A DNA stretch of 64,000 nt. It comes from an uncultured delta proteobacterium. GTDB lineage: Bacteria > Desulfobacterota > Desulfomonilia > UBA1062. This document shows positions 18,152 to 27,395 of this stretch, one piece after another (positions within the stretch are counted from its first letter, which is position 1; the number at the start of each line of letters is the position of its first letter). The notes under the pieces were generated by a model. It was given only the letters and a program-made list of their open reading frames with translations. It ran no database searches and had not been told where the DNA came from. The DNA is taken from positions 32,001 through 96,000 of the forward strand of contig CAWCTR010000014.1 of assembly GCA_963798485.1 (NCBI GenBank), given 5' to 3'. Both the position numbers and the translations under genes were made by a program.

Positions 18152-18711
18152 CACCCATTAAAAGGCCCCTGTCAATAAAAACATAGTTCACCATCGCACA
18201 TTTTTTTGCAGGTCTAACGTACAGCCAGCTTGGACCATTCCAATGATTCCTTTTCTGCGCCCTGTTTTTCGGTATTTATGGTTGCGATACGATCCGCACC
18301 AGGCACCCATCCGGCTTTAGACTGTACAATGAGAGGATGAGATTAGAGGAGTAGCCCTCTCAACCTGCACGTCCCTGACAGCATCTGCTGTCCCAGAAAA
18401 ATATCGGTTCCTTGCCATGTTCAATTGTGAGTTACACGATAAAAGGCTCTTCCGGCCACACCATAAAGACTCATGGCAAAGGCAGATCTGAACCATAGAA
18501 AGTTCCTCGCTGAATTCTTGTTTATATGAGAGGGGGAAACGGCGGAGCAACTACAAAAATGGTTCTTAGCCACCAAACACACAGTCTCGCCGCTTTCCCC
18601 TGCTCAGCAAAAGAGCATCTCTTCCTTGAACTCAACTCCATCCCTGAGGATATAGTAGCAGGCCCTGGCCAGCTTACTTGCTATGGTCTTGACCGCTACC
18701 ATCATATTAGA
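18152..18711 (-). mobile_element. IS110-family remnant: transposase C-terminus, about 450-nt 3' non-coding region and right end
   Basis: 18705-18604 reads MMVAVKTIASKLARACYYILRDGVEFKEEMLFC*, the typical IS110 C-terminus. The element ends TTGACAGGGGCCTTTTAATGGGTG with an outward-facing -35. Confidence 0.8.
18200..18603 (-). ncRNA. Putative IS110/IS1111 bridge (seek) RNA region
   Basis: Several stem/internal-loop/hairpin modules; one loop carries ATGGGTG (18310-18304), identical to the element end (18158-18152). Boundaries approximate. Confidence 0.55.
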
Positions 18712-18747
18712 CATATCATCCGAATCCGTTTGCATGAGGAGGCAATT

Positions 18748-19146
18748 GTGAAAATGCTGCATACCAAACGATTATCTTCCAACGCAATGGCTCTGCTGCT
18801 TCTCATACTATTGTTTGTTATACCCTTGCCCTCCCATGCGGCGTATGTCTACACGTATACGGGCAACCCTTTCACCGGCGGTACCTTGTCACCCCCTTGC
18901 GGAGATAATTTGATGATGCAGTTAACAGTGCAAACCCCCATTACAGCCAACTATACCGCATACATCGATGAAACTTTGTCACCCTCCGCCCTGCTGACCA
19001 TTGTTACCGGGACGGTAACTCCCTTTACCCAAACACTCTCCCTGACCAAAGTCATGATCTACGCGACAGGATCTAACGGGCAACCTACATCGTGGTACAT
19101 AGACACAGGAGGGATACCATACGGCAACGAATCCATATGGTTTTGA
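18748..19146 (+). CDS. Exported Thr-rich protein, probably truncated
   Basis: GAGGAGG SD then GTG 18748; signal peptide ending PSHA-A, then YVYTYTGNPF. Confidence 0.55.
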   Translation: MKMLHTKRLSSNAMALLLLILLFVIPLPSHAAYVYTYTGNPFTGGTLSPPCGDNLMMQLTVQTPITANYTAYIDETLSPSALLTIVTGTVTPFTQTLSLTKVMIYATGSNGQPTSWYIDTGGIPYGNESIWF

Positions 19147-19195
19147 AAAACCCAACTTAGTTCGTCGCCTATGGTAGAGGATGTTACTATGAGAG

Positions 19196-21514
19196 TTAAT
19201 GATTCTCCAATAAACTATCAAAGTATTTGGTATTCCTCAAGTTGTCTAGATCATGATCTTTTTTTAGCAGATCCCAGTTATTGAAACCTTTCTTTATCGC
19301 CTTATCTAGAAAATTTCTCGACTCTTTTAATTTGTTCTGTCTGCAGGAGATACATGCTAAATTGTAATAAATCTCTGGATTTTCAGGTGTTATGCTTAGT
19401 TCTTTCATAAAATAATCAATTGTTCTATTGTATTGCCCCTTCATTGAATAATATACAGCCAAAGAGTTTAGTATCTTCAGATCATGTGGATTGTATCTCA
19501 AGACATCTTCGAGCTTTGATATGGATGCATCAATCTTTTTCATCTGAGCCGTCAAAAGGGGAAGGTATTTTTGTGCAGTGTCAAGATCTGGTCTTAGTTT
19601 CAGAGCATCAGTATACTCCCTAACAGCATCACCAATTTGATTTACGCTCATAAGAGAATAGCCAAGATTCTGGTGAATCATAGCAAGGTCTGTATAAATG
19701 TCATCGCCCCACAAATAATTAGCTAATGGATAATTCTGGACTATCTTTATAGCATCTGAGTAAACTCCGATCGCATCATTATATTTCCTTTGGGCAAGAA
19801 GGGTATTGCCGACATGGAGCTTTCCATTAATTGCCAACCTTGCCTGCAGGGAACAAAGCGGATTTGGTTCCATCGCCTTTACAATATTTTTTGCAACTTC
19901 AAGATCACCAACCGATAAGGCAAACTTCATAATATTATAAGCCTTATAAATGCCGACCTTATATATGGATCCTGCAAAGGAAGGGGTTTGTTGAGATAAA
20001 TTTATTCTATTTGATCGGAAGATGCATGCTGAAGGCCCATAGTAAACAAGCTTCCAATCTGGAGAGGTAATGAAATATTGGAGTACTGGTGTGTCATAGG
20101 AGAGGCACCATAGATCGCAATTATATTTTTTTAATAGAACTTCTATTGTTGCTTTATCTTCACTATCTTCGAATTTATTTTCTTCATCATACCATTTAGA
20201 ATATGGGAAATATCTTGCATCAATAAATATCTTTTTGTCAGGCCATAACGACCAAAGCAAATATGATCCGCAGTAGTAATCATTACCTACGTTTTGATAT
20301 GGATAATTCATATGTATAAAGCTTGATTCTTGTTTTGGACTTATATAATCAGTGTTGAATCCGATAGCTGGAATACAATAAGTCTCATATAGAGCTCGTG
20401 TAGAAAAAAATAACAAAAGGATAATTGTAATGCTATGGATAGCAATTTTCAGTGGTTTTATTATAAATAGTTCCGAATTATCCTGAGACAACTTTTTCAT
20501 TAAGTAACTAGATGAAAAGGCAAAGATAACTGCCCAAAAATATGTTGCCCTCAAGTATTTAATGTATATGATCAGGAATGATGCATTTACCAACAGCAGT
20601 GCCCAATCAGTTCTATTTCGTCTTAATTGAGCAATCATGAGAATGATAAGTATTCCTGAAGAAACTATCATGTAATCTATGAAATGCAAAGTTAATGCTT
20701 GAGGAAAAAAGATAGACTGATATTCAGCTATGGTTATCATATGTCTTCTAATTTCTTCAGGATTAACAACTAGATTATTTAATAATTGGATTGGGTATTG
20801 CATTCCATATGGCGTTATCAACAAAGCAAGGCTACTTAATATAATTGATATAAATAGGTGCTTTCTAAATCTGGAATCGAGCTGTTCTGACGACCCCAAA
20901 AGCCAATTTAATACTTCACCTGTTAAAACCAGATCCAGGAATAAGATCCCGAAAATGAAACCGCCATGAGAGTTAACCCATATCAAAATAAGTATTGGGA
21001 ATAAATAAAATAGAGGCCAAGCTTTGTCTGGTTGGGTCTTGATTCTGAGCCAAGCCCATACCATAATCGTCATCAATAAAAATGAGAAAAGTTCGGCTTT
21101 TATACGAAGCCCAGCATAGGACATGAGTATACTAGTCAGGCCTATGAAAAATATAGATGGAAAGAAGCCAGGGTGATATTTTTTAGGATATGAAAAAGCT
21201 AGCAATATGAATACCGTGATGAACAGATACCTGAGAGCATAAAGCATCTGCAGGCCTCCTGCTTTAAAAAGCAAATAAAAGAAGATCTCAGGTATCCATG
21301 CACAATAGATAGTGGTATTTTCAGCAGGTGTCCAACTGAAGATAGAATGATCAGGTATTAGCGTATGGTTTGCCAAAAAATATCGACCATAAGCGAGATG
21401 AAACCAGATATCTCCATCAGTTATAGGTTCTGCATATCTAAGAGCAATTGTAGCAAGCACTACAATTCCAAGAAGAATAAGAAATAGTTGGGTACTATAA
21501 CGATATTTACTCAT
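19196..21514 (-). CDS. Multi-pass membrane protein, GT-C glycosyltransferase-like, with C-terminal TPRs
   Basis: DGDIWFHLAYGRY in the first loop, about 11-12 hydrophobic segments, WVNSHGGF, TPR repeats and a YYNLAC...DLDNLR tail; AT-rich. Confidence 0.7.
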   Translation of the reverse strand: MSKYRYSTQLFLILLGIVVLATIALRYAEPITDGDIWFHLAYGRYFLANHTLIPDHSIFSWTPAENTTIYCAWIPEIFFYLLFKAGGLQMLYALRYLFITVFILLAFSYPKKYHPGFFPSIFFIGLTSILMSYAGLRIKAELFSFLLMTIMVWAWLRIKTQPDKAWPLFYLFPILILIWVNSHGGFIFGILFLDLVLTGEVLNWLLGSSEQLDSRFRKHLFISIILSSLALLITPYGMQYPIQLLNNLVVNPEEIRRHMITIAEYQSIFFPQALTLHFIDYMIVSSGILIILMIAQLRRNRTDWALLLVNASFLIIYIKYLRATYFWAVIFAFSSSYLMKKLSQDNSELFIIKPLKIAIHSITIILLLFFSTRALYETYCIPAIGFNTDYISPKQESSFIHMNYPYQNVGNDYYCGSYLLWSLWPDKKIFIDARYFPYSKWYDEENKFEDSEDKATIEVLLKKYNCDLWCLSYDTPVLQYFITSPDWKLVYYGPSACIFRSNRINLSQQTPSFAGSIYKVGIYKAYNIMKFALSVGDLEVAKNIVKAMEPNPLCSLQARLAINGKLHVGNTLLAQRKYNDAIGVYSDAIKIVQNYPLANYLWGDDIYTDLAMIHQNLGYSLMSVNQIGDAVREYTDALKLRPDLDTAQKYLPLLTAQMKKIDASISKLEDVLRYNPHDLKILNSLAVYYSMKGQYNRTIDYFMKELSITPENPEIYYNLACISCRQNKLKESRNFLDKAIKKGFNNWDLLKKDHDLDNLRNTKYFDSLLENH

Positions 21515-21696
21515 CTTCAGCTTATAAAAATATATTGAAATAATAATAAGATATACAATTGATCCATTTTGTACAATATCGAATATTATAAACCAAAAAC
21601 GTTAACGAAAGATTGAACTTGTTTGTGTAAAATACAAACAAAATGAACTACTCCAATATCAAAAAATATTTACCGTTTCGATTTCCCTTTGTGCAC

Positions 21697-22848
21697 CTAT
21701 AGAGATCGATAAAAACCTTTGATCTTCTCAACAACATAGCTAACATCATTCTCACTCATTTCATAATACAGCGGCAGTCTGAGTAGACGGTTACTGATGT
21801 CATTGGTCACATCCATGGTACCGCTCACCCTACAATACTGCATGCCTGCTTTGGACGAATGTAGTGGCACATAGTGGAATACAGAGCATATACCTGACTT
21901 CTTCAGGTGCTCGATAAGCTTTGTCCGTTCAGCGAGTGAGTCGGATATGATGTAGAATATGTGGCCATTGCTTGCACAATTACAATCTATAAAGGGAAGT
22001 CGTATAAGCCCTTTATCTGCAATGGGCTTCAATAAGGCATAATATTGATCGAATAACGCCCTCCTCTTGGCAATGATCTGATCCGCCAGATCCATCTGAG
22101 CATAGAGGAATGCACTCACAAGCTCACTGGGTAGGTACGATGATCCGATATCCACCCAACTGTATTTATCGATCTCCCCCCTGAAGAAGCGAGCCCTATC
22201 GGTCCCTTTTTCACGGATGATCTCAGCACGCTTTATAAACTGTTCGTCATTTACTAGCAAAGCACCCCCCTCACCGCTGATGATATTCTTGGTCTCGTGG
22301 AAGCTCAAAGCCCCAAGATGCCCGATGGTGCCCAGGAATTTCCCCTTATAGGTCGACAGCAGGGCCTGAGCTGCATCCTCTACAACAAGCAGTCCGTGAT
22401 CATTGGCAATACGCATGATCTCATCCATGGCACAAGGAACACCTGCATAATGCACTGGGACGATAACTCTGGTCCTTCCTGTAATAGCATCTTCAATCTG
22501 TCTTTCATCGATGTTAAGAGTATCAGGCCTTATATCAATGAATACAGGAACTCCTCCCCTGAGAACAAAGGCATTCGCAGAAGAGACGAATGTGAATGAA
22601 GGCAAAATAATCTCATCTCCATGATTGATATCACAAAGAATAGCAGACATCTCAAGAGCAGCTGTACAGGAATGGGTGAGCAGGGCTTTTGAACAACTTA
22701 ACTTATTTTCAAGCCATGCATGACATTGTTTTGTATATTCTCCATCTCCGGCAAGATGTCCCTTGAGAACCGCCTGGGCTATATTGTATAGTTCTTTGCC
22801 TGCAATAAAAGGCTTATTGAATGGAATACAGATCCTACTGTCATCCAT
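21697..22848 (-). CDS. wecE: dTDP-4-amino-4,6-dideoxygalactose transaminase
   Basis: IPFNKP, SCTAALEM, PSFTFVSSANAF, VEDAAQ, SFHETKN (PLP lysine), GEGG, REKGTDR. Confidence 0.92.
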   Translation of the reverse strand: MDDSRICIPFNKPFIAGKELYNIAQAVLKGHLAGDGEYTKQCHAWLENKLSCSKALLTHSCTAALEMSAILCDINHGDEIILPSFTFVSSANAFVLRGGVPVFIDIRPDTLNIDERQIEDAITGRTRVIVPVHYAGVPCAMDEIMRIANDHGLLVVEDAAQALLSTYKGKFLGTIGHLGALSFHETKNIISGEGGALLVNDEQFIKRAEIIREKGTDRARFFRGEIDKYSWVDIGSSYLPSELVSAFLYAQMDLADQIIAKRRALFDQYYALLKPIADKGLIRLPFIDCNCASNGHIFYIISDSLAERTKLIEHLKKSGICSVFHYVPLHSSKAGMQYCRVSGTMDVTNDISNRLLRLPLYYEMSENDVSYVVEKIKGFYRSL

Positions 22849-22868
22849 ATGATTCCCTATAGTTGTTC

Positions 22869-23231
22869 CTAACCTTGTGCACTGATAATTATTCCACCAA
22901 TAATACATATTATGCCAATTATCTTTGCAATGTTAATTGGCTCATGGAAAAATGTAACGCTGAATACTAGTACAAGAACAAATGACAGGCTCATGAAAGG
23001 ATATGCAAAACTCAAATCAAATTTCGTCATGGCAGCCATCCAGCACAATGCAGCAAGAAATGCTGCAAGGAATGCAGATATGATCCAAAAATTCTTAAAC
23101 ATGGTCAAGAGAAAGATCAATTTATCAAACAATTGAGCAGGTAATGGAAGTGTCTTGGTCATTTGCCACTTTATAACTAATTGACCATACACTGTGAAGA
23201 ATACCGTACCAAGTATATAAAAGTATCTCAT
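22869..23231 (-). CDS. SMR/EamA small membrane protein (ArnE/F-like flippase)
   Basis: 120 aa, 4 TM segments, YGQLVIKW, LSFAYPFMSL. Confidence 0.8.
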   Translation of the reverse strand: MRYFYILGTVFFTVYGQLVIKWQMTKTLPLPAQLFDKLIFLLTMFKNFWIISAFLAAFLAALCWMAAMTKFDLSFAYPFMSLSFVLVLVFSVTFFHEPINIAKIIGIICIIGGIIISAQG

Positions 23232-23336
23232 AGTATTTTATTAGTTAGGGATACAAAATATCCCCATTATCTATCTCATCCACATGCGTATGTATCATCC
23301 TAAAGCTCAGATACTCCATTCTTAAGTACAACAATT

Positions 23337-24089
23337 TCATACATCCATAGTATCAAACCATTTGTGTAAGGTGTAATACGAGTCATTTGGCTCGAATCCA
23401 AGACGAGACCACACTTTCTGTACCGCAACATTTGTGACTTGTGTCGAAACGACCATCTTCTCACAACCTTGTTCAATGCACCACTTCATCCCGCCAGTTA
23501 TGAGGAGTCGATAGATCCCTTTTCCCTGGAATGAAGGAGCTACGGCAAAGAGCAAACCCTCTCCTTCATCCAGGCTGTTTATCCGCATAGTCCCAAAGCC
23601 CCCGATTTTCCCATCATATTCTGCTACTAGCACTTCATCAGCAATCTTGGTTGAGAGGCACGATCGATATGCCCAATCCATATATACCTCATCGCACTTT
23701 GCCTTATCCAGTCTTTGATCTGCATGATAATGGCCTAAGTAGCCTTTGAAAGTTTCGGCGGAAATTAATTTAATAATTTTTTCCTCACCGGCTCTTAAAG
23801 GCCTGATGTTTACTTCTGGGGTATATTCAGGTGGAAGGTTCTTCTTCAGATTGCATAAATAATATATAAGAGTATCCATGAGCAGGAAACCCAGGCCTTC
23901 CATTACCTGGACAAGGTTTAACTCCTTGGTCAAGCAACGGGCTATAAGTAGTTCCACCTTATTGTCATGACAAAATCTTAAAACCTCTGCAATGTCATGA
24001 ACCTTTAGCGCTAACGCTTTTGCGGTTTTTATCCCAAAATGCTCTTCATCTATTTGAGAAAGGATAACTGAAGAATTGTCTATAGTCAT
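23337..24089 (-). CDS. GNAT acetyltransferase, WecD-like
   Basis: D..HFGIK, RLDKAKCDEVYMDW, FQGKG, VSTQVTN..QKVWSRLGF. Confidence 0.8.
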   Translation of the reverse strand: MTIDNSSVILSQIDEEHFGIKTAKALALKVHDIAEVLRFCHDNKVELLIARCLTKELNLVQVMEGLGFLLMDTLIYYLCNLKKNLPPEYTPEVNIRPLRAGEEKIIKLISAETFKGYLGHYHADQRLDKAKCDEVYMDWAYRSCLSTKIADEVLVAEYDGKIGGFGTMRINSLDEGEGLLFAVAPSFQGKGIYRLLITGGMKWCIEQGCEKMVVSTQVTNVAVQKVWSRLGFEPNDSYYTLHKWFDTMDV

Positions 24090-25021
24090 GATTTCTCTTT
24101 GACAGACTCCCTGATCTCACGGATTACACTGCTTGGTCGGTCCATAGACCGAAAATGGACCCGGCCCAGGTATTCTCCGAAGATACCGAGCATCAGGAGT
24201 TGCACTCCTGAGAATATGGCAATAAGACATGCGAGGAAAGAAAAGCCCGGCACACTGCCCCCATGGATAAAGTAATTCCCTACTACATAGAAAAGAATAA
24301 TCAGCCCAAAGGCCGTGAACAAAAACCCAATTATGCTTGCAAGCTGCAGAGGCAAAGGGCTGAACCCTGTCATCATGTTTAAGGCATGATTTAGAAGCTT
24401 CCAGAGGGTGTAGTTCGATATCCCTGCCTTTCTTGGATCATGTCTGACAGGAACTGATGTGAAGCGTGTTGTGCCCCATGTAAGAAGTACATCCAGTGAA
24501 ACAAACGACCCTCGGTAATCGACAAAGGCATCACGCACCTGCGTACGAAATACCCTGAAGGCGCTTACCATTTGGGCTGTCCCCGCACCTATCGTTGCCT
24601 TCAACGAAGTCTTTGTGATGAATGAAGCCATATCTCTCCACAGGCCATGCTGCTGCTTTATGGGCGATCCATATACAACATCGAAGCCATTACCTAGCTT
24701 TTCTGTGAGCTTGGGGATCTCCTCTGGGGGATGTTGGAGATCGTCATCAATAGTGACAATTGTCTCAAGCCTTGCTTCTCTGATGCCGCAGAGGAGTGCA
24801 TTATGCTGTCCGTAATTCCGCATCAGATTGATGCCCCTTACCCAGGAGTGCTTATCTATGAGGGAGCATATGACCTCCCAGCTGTCATCTCTGCTTCCAT
24901 CATTAACAAGTATTAGCTCATATGAGAAATAGTACGCCGCCAAAACAGGTTCCAGCCTAGCAACGAGTTCAGAAAGAATACTGCTGCTATTATATACCGG
25001 TATGACAACAGATACATCCAT
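24086..25021 (-). CDS. GT2 polyprenol-phosphate glycosyltransferase (ArnC/GtrB-like)
   Basis: SVVIPVYN, VNDGSRD, RNYGQHNA, DDDLQHPPEEI, two C-terminal TM segments, GEYLGR. Confidence 0.92.
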   Translation of the reverse strand: MDVSVVIPVYNSSSILSELVARLEPVLAAYYFSYELILVNDGSRDDSWEVICSLIDKHSWVRGINLMRNYGQHNALLCGIREARLETIVTIDDDLQHPPEEIPKLTEKLGNGFDVVYGSPIKQQHGLWRDMASFITKTSLKATIGAGTAQMVSAFRVFRTQVRDAFVDYRGSFVSLDVLLTWGTTRFTSVPVRHDPRKAGISNYTLWKLLNHALNMMTGFSPLPLQLASIIGFLFTAFGLIILFYVVGNYFIHGGSVPGFSFLACLIAIFSGVQLLMLGIFGEYLGRVHFRSMDRPSSVIREIRESVKEKS

Positions 25022-25344
25022 ACTAATTGATCCCGTTAAATCTATATTGTAAGCTATATATTAACACGAATGTTTATCTAAGGATACGTGATTTCATGTA
25101 AGTGTACAAAACATACATGGGTCTACCACTTTGATAATTGCTGTATCTAAGCATAATATCCAATTACTAAGATCTTATTGGGTATTAATGCGGAGATTGT
25201 TGCTTTAAACGTTGATTGGATATCGGGCATTTTTATAGCCCAAAAATGTTACCCTATGGATTCGGGATTCACTGGGTCTCTTTTATATTTCATCCATATC
25301 ACAAAACCATTGATAACTTCGATAAAGTGCGCCACGAAGGCGCG

Positions 25345-25510
25345 GAGAGGTAGTCAGAAAAAACTACATTGGAGCAGCCATGCTGCATGGAAAATGAGGG
25401 GGAGGCCCCTCGGGATCGGGGTACAGGATCAGATTCCAAACCGCCTGGCGCTGCGTGGGGATAAGATCCCAGGTGGTGAGCGGTCCAGGAAAAGGCGAGG
25501 CAAGACCTCG
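25345..25510 (+). pseudogene. Possible fragment of a REP-associated tyrosine transposase-like gene
   Basis: GC-rich patch translating KLHWSSHAAWKMRGRPLG; WSS and GRPLG-like motifs occur in RAYT C-termini. Confidence 0.3.
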
Positions 25511-25511
25511 T

Positions 25512-25534
25512 CACCCATTAAAAGGTTCTGTCAA
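25512..25534 (-). mobile_element. Second IS110-type right end
   Basis: TTGACAGAACCTTTTAATGGGTG, nearly identical to the end at 18152-18175. Confidence 0.6.
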
Positions 25535-25545
25535 TGAGAAAGGTT

Positions 25546-27011
25546 CCTGGAGTTTCCTGAGTTTTATCACTGAACAGTAGATAACCTATTGAAATAAAGT
25601 AAGAAGCTTATTTTATCAAGATAACAACGTCTAAGCGTAAAAGATTCCTGAGATTCACCGGCTGATATGGTAGAAAGTAGCTCACATACAGGAGATGGAG
25701 ACGATATGGCCGGGAACTCCAGGATAGCAGCGGATATAAAAGGGCAGATAACGAGATTCTCAGGAATCATTTCCAAGGGATTACCCAAGTCGAAGCAGAA
25801 GCTCATTCGAGAGATGGTGTATGGGATACAGGCCGGGAAGGATATCAAGTTGTCCAGTGTGAGTCGTAGCCTGAATGAGGCCATGCCCCTGATCAAGACG
25901 GAGGACCGGTTATCGAGGAATCTGGATGATCGGGATTTTACGGATGCGATCAACCATGAGATATGCCGCCTTGGGAGCACGAAGGTGCTTGATGATATGG
26001 TGATAGCCATAGATCCTGGAGATATCCGTAAGAAGTATGCCTCGAAGATGGAGTGTCTCTGCAAGGTACATGATGGAAGTGAACATGAGATTGGTGAGGG
26101 GTACTGGCTCTGCAAAGGAGTGGCCGCGGACATTGAGCATAAGAAGGTGATACCGTTGTACCTGGAGGCATATTCGCAGGAAGCCGAGGATTTCAAGAGC
26201 GAGAACGATCAGCTCTTCAAAGTGATCGACACCGTGAGCTCCCATGTGGGGAGCAAAGGTATCTATGCCATCGACCGCGGAGGGGACAGGGGTAAGCTCT
26301 ATGACAAATTTCTTGAAAAGGGGAAGGCGAAGCGGTTTGTGATCCGTCTTAAGAAGAACAGAGATCTCATCCATAAAGGCGTCAAAAAGAATTGTCACTT
26401 TCTTGCCACGGCCTTGCCCTGTCCGCATGAAGCGGTCATGATCAAGTATGAGGAAGGGAAAGAACGCCAGGCAAGCGTTTTCTACAATGCCGTGGCGGTG
26501 AAACTACCCGGCCATGATGCTCCGTTGTTTCTCGTGGTGGCGAAAGGGTTCGGCAAGGAGCCGATGATGCTTTTGACAAGCTGCCCGGTTCACCTGAAGG
26601 ACCGCGAGACCATCTGGAGAATCGTTGAGATATACCTCACCCGCTGGAAATGCGATGAATCCTTCAGGTACATCAAACAGTGCTACAATCTTGAAGATAT
26701 CCGGGTGCGCCATTACACCAGCATCCGGAACATGGTGGTCCTTGTCCTTGCCGTCAGCTATTTCGCGGCAGTATATTTAGGGGATAACCTGAGACTCAAA
26801 ATGCTGGTTGAGAGAGTGTATATCGTATCCAAGAGGTTCTTCGGCATCCCCACCTTTTTCAATTATGCCATCGCTGATGGGCTCTATAAGCTCCTCTTCT
26901 CCGATAAAACCGGATTCAACAAGACGGCAAAACCAAAATATCCCGAGTTCCAACTGTGCTTCAGCTTCCTGGAGTGAGTGGGGTTAATTTGAAAACTCAG
27001 GAAACTCCAGG
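25546..27011 (+). mobile_element. IS4-family insertion sequence, intact
   Basis: Terminal inverted repeats CCTGGAGTTTCCTGAGTTTT / AAAACTCAGGAAACTCCAGG; direct repeat AAAGGTT on both flanks (25539-25545, 27012-27018). Confidence 0.9.
25706..26977 (+). CDS. IS4-family DDE transposase
   Basis: IAIDPGDI, AIDRGGD, YLTRWKCDESFRYIKQ (YREK-like motif); GGAG SD before ATG 25706. Confidence 0.9.
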   Translation: MAGNSRIAADIKGQITRFSGIISKGLPKSKQKLIREMVYGIQAGKDIKLSSVSRSLNEAMPLIKTEDRLSRNLDDRDFTDAINHEICRLGSTKVLDDMVIAIDPGDIRKKYASKMECLCKVHDGSEHEIGEGYWLCKGVAADIEHKKVIPLYLEAYSQEAEDFKSENDQLFKVIDTVSSHVGSKGIYAIDRGGDRGKLYDKFLEKGKAKRFVIRLKKNRDLIHKGVKKNCHFLATALPCPHEAVMIKYEEGKERQASVFYNAVAVKLPGHDAPLFLVVAKGFGKEPMMLLTSCPVHLKDRETIWRIVEIYLTRWKCDESFRYIKQCYNLEDIRVRHYTSIRNMVVLVLAVSYFAAVYLGDNLRLKMLVERVYIVSKRFFGIPTFFNYAIADGLYKLLFSDKTGFNKTAKPKYPEFQLCFSFLE

Positions 27012-27062
27012 AAAGGTTATTATTGCTCGTTCTAACCATATGATATATCGTTATTTTTCTAA

Positions 27063-27078
27063 TGGCATCGACATTGCA
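27063..27078 (+). promoter_or_regulatory. Candidate sigma54 (-24/-12) promoter
   Basis: TGGCATCGACATTGCA = GG-N10-GC; no intact downstream gene on this strand. Confidence 0.4.
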
Positions 27079-27395
27079 ACATATTCAGAGGGCCATTACT
27101 TTATATGATAATTACTTAAGCCAATATTTTTAAAGTACTTCAGGGAAAGACCTATACAGAAAGTGAGTGGAGATTTCAGGATGGAAATTAACATAAAACT
27201 TTAGCTTTCTTGAAAAACATAGATCACGTTATATTGCACACGGTCTGATCTGAAGTGTCTTGATTCATAGGTTTCAAACCAAGATCATCATTTTCCAGGC
27301 ACCTCAAGACCGTGGCGAAATCGCAGGATCTACAGTCTTATGTAATCTTCTATGACCAAGTTATCCAGACTAGACTATCCCTAAGCCTATAGCCC

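Noticed and set aside
17870-18178. Short ORFs after the Cys-rich peptide
   Set aside because: No recognisable motif or SD; likely decayed island sequence.
18526-18747. N-terminal part of the 206-aa ORF
   Set aside because: It is the antisense reading of the IS110 remnant; the real start is GTG 18748.
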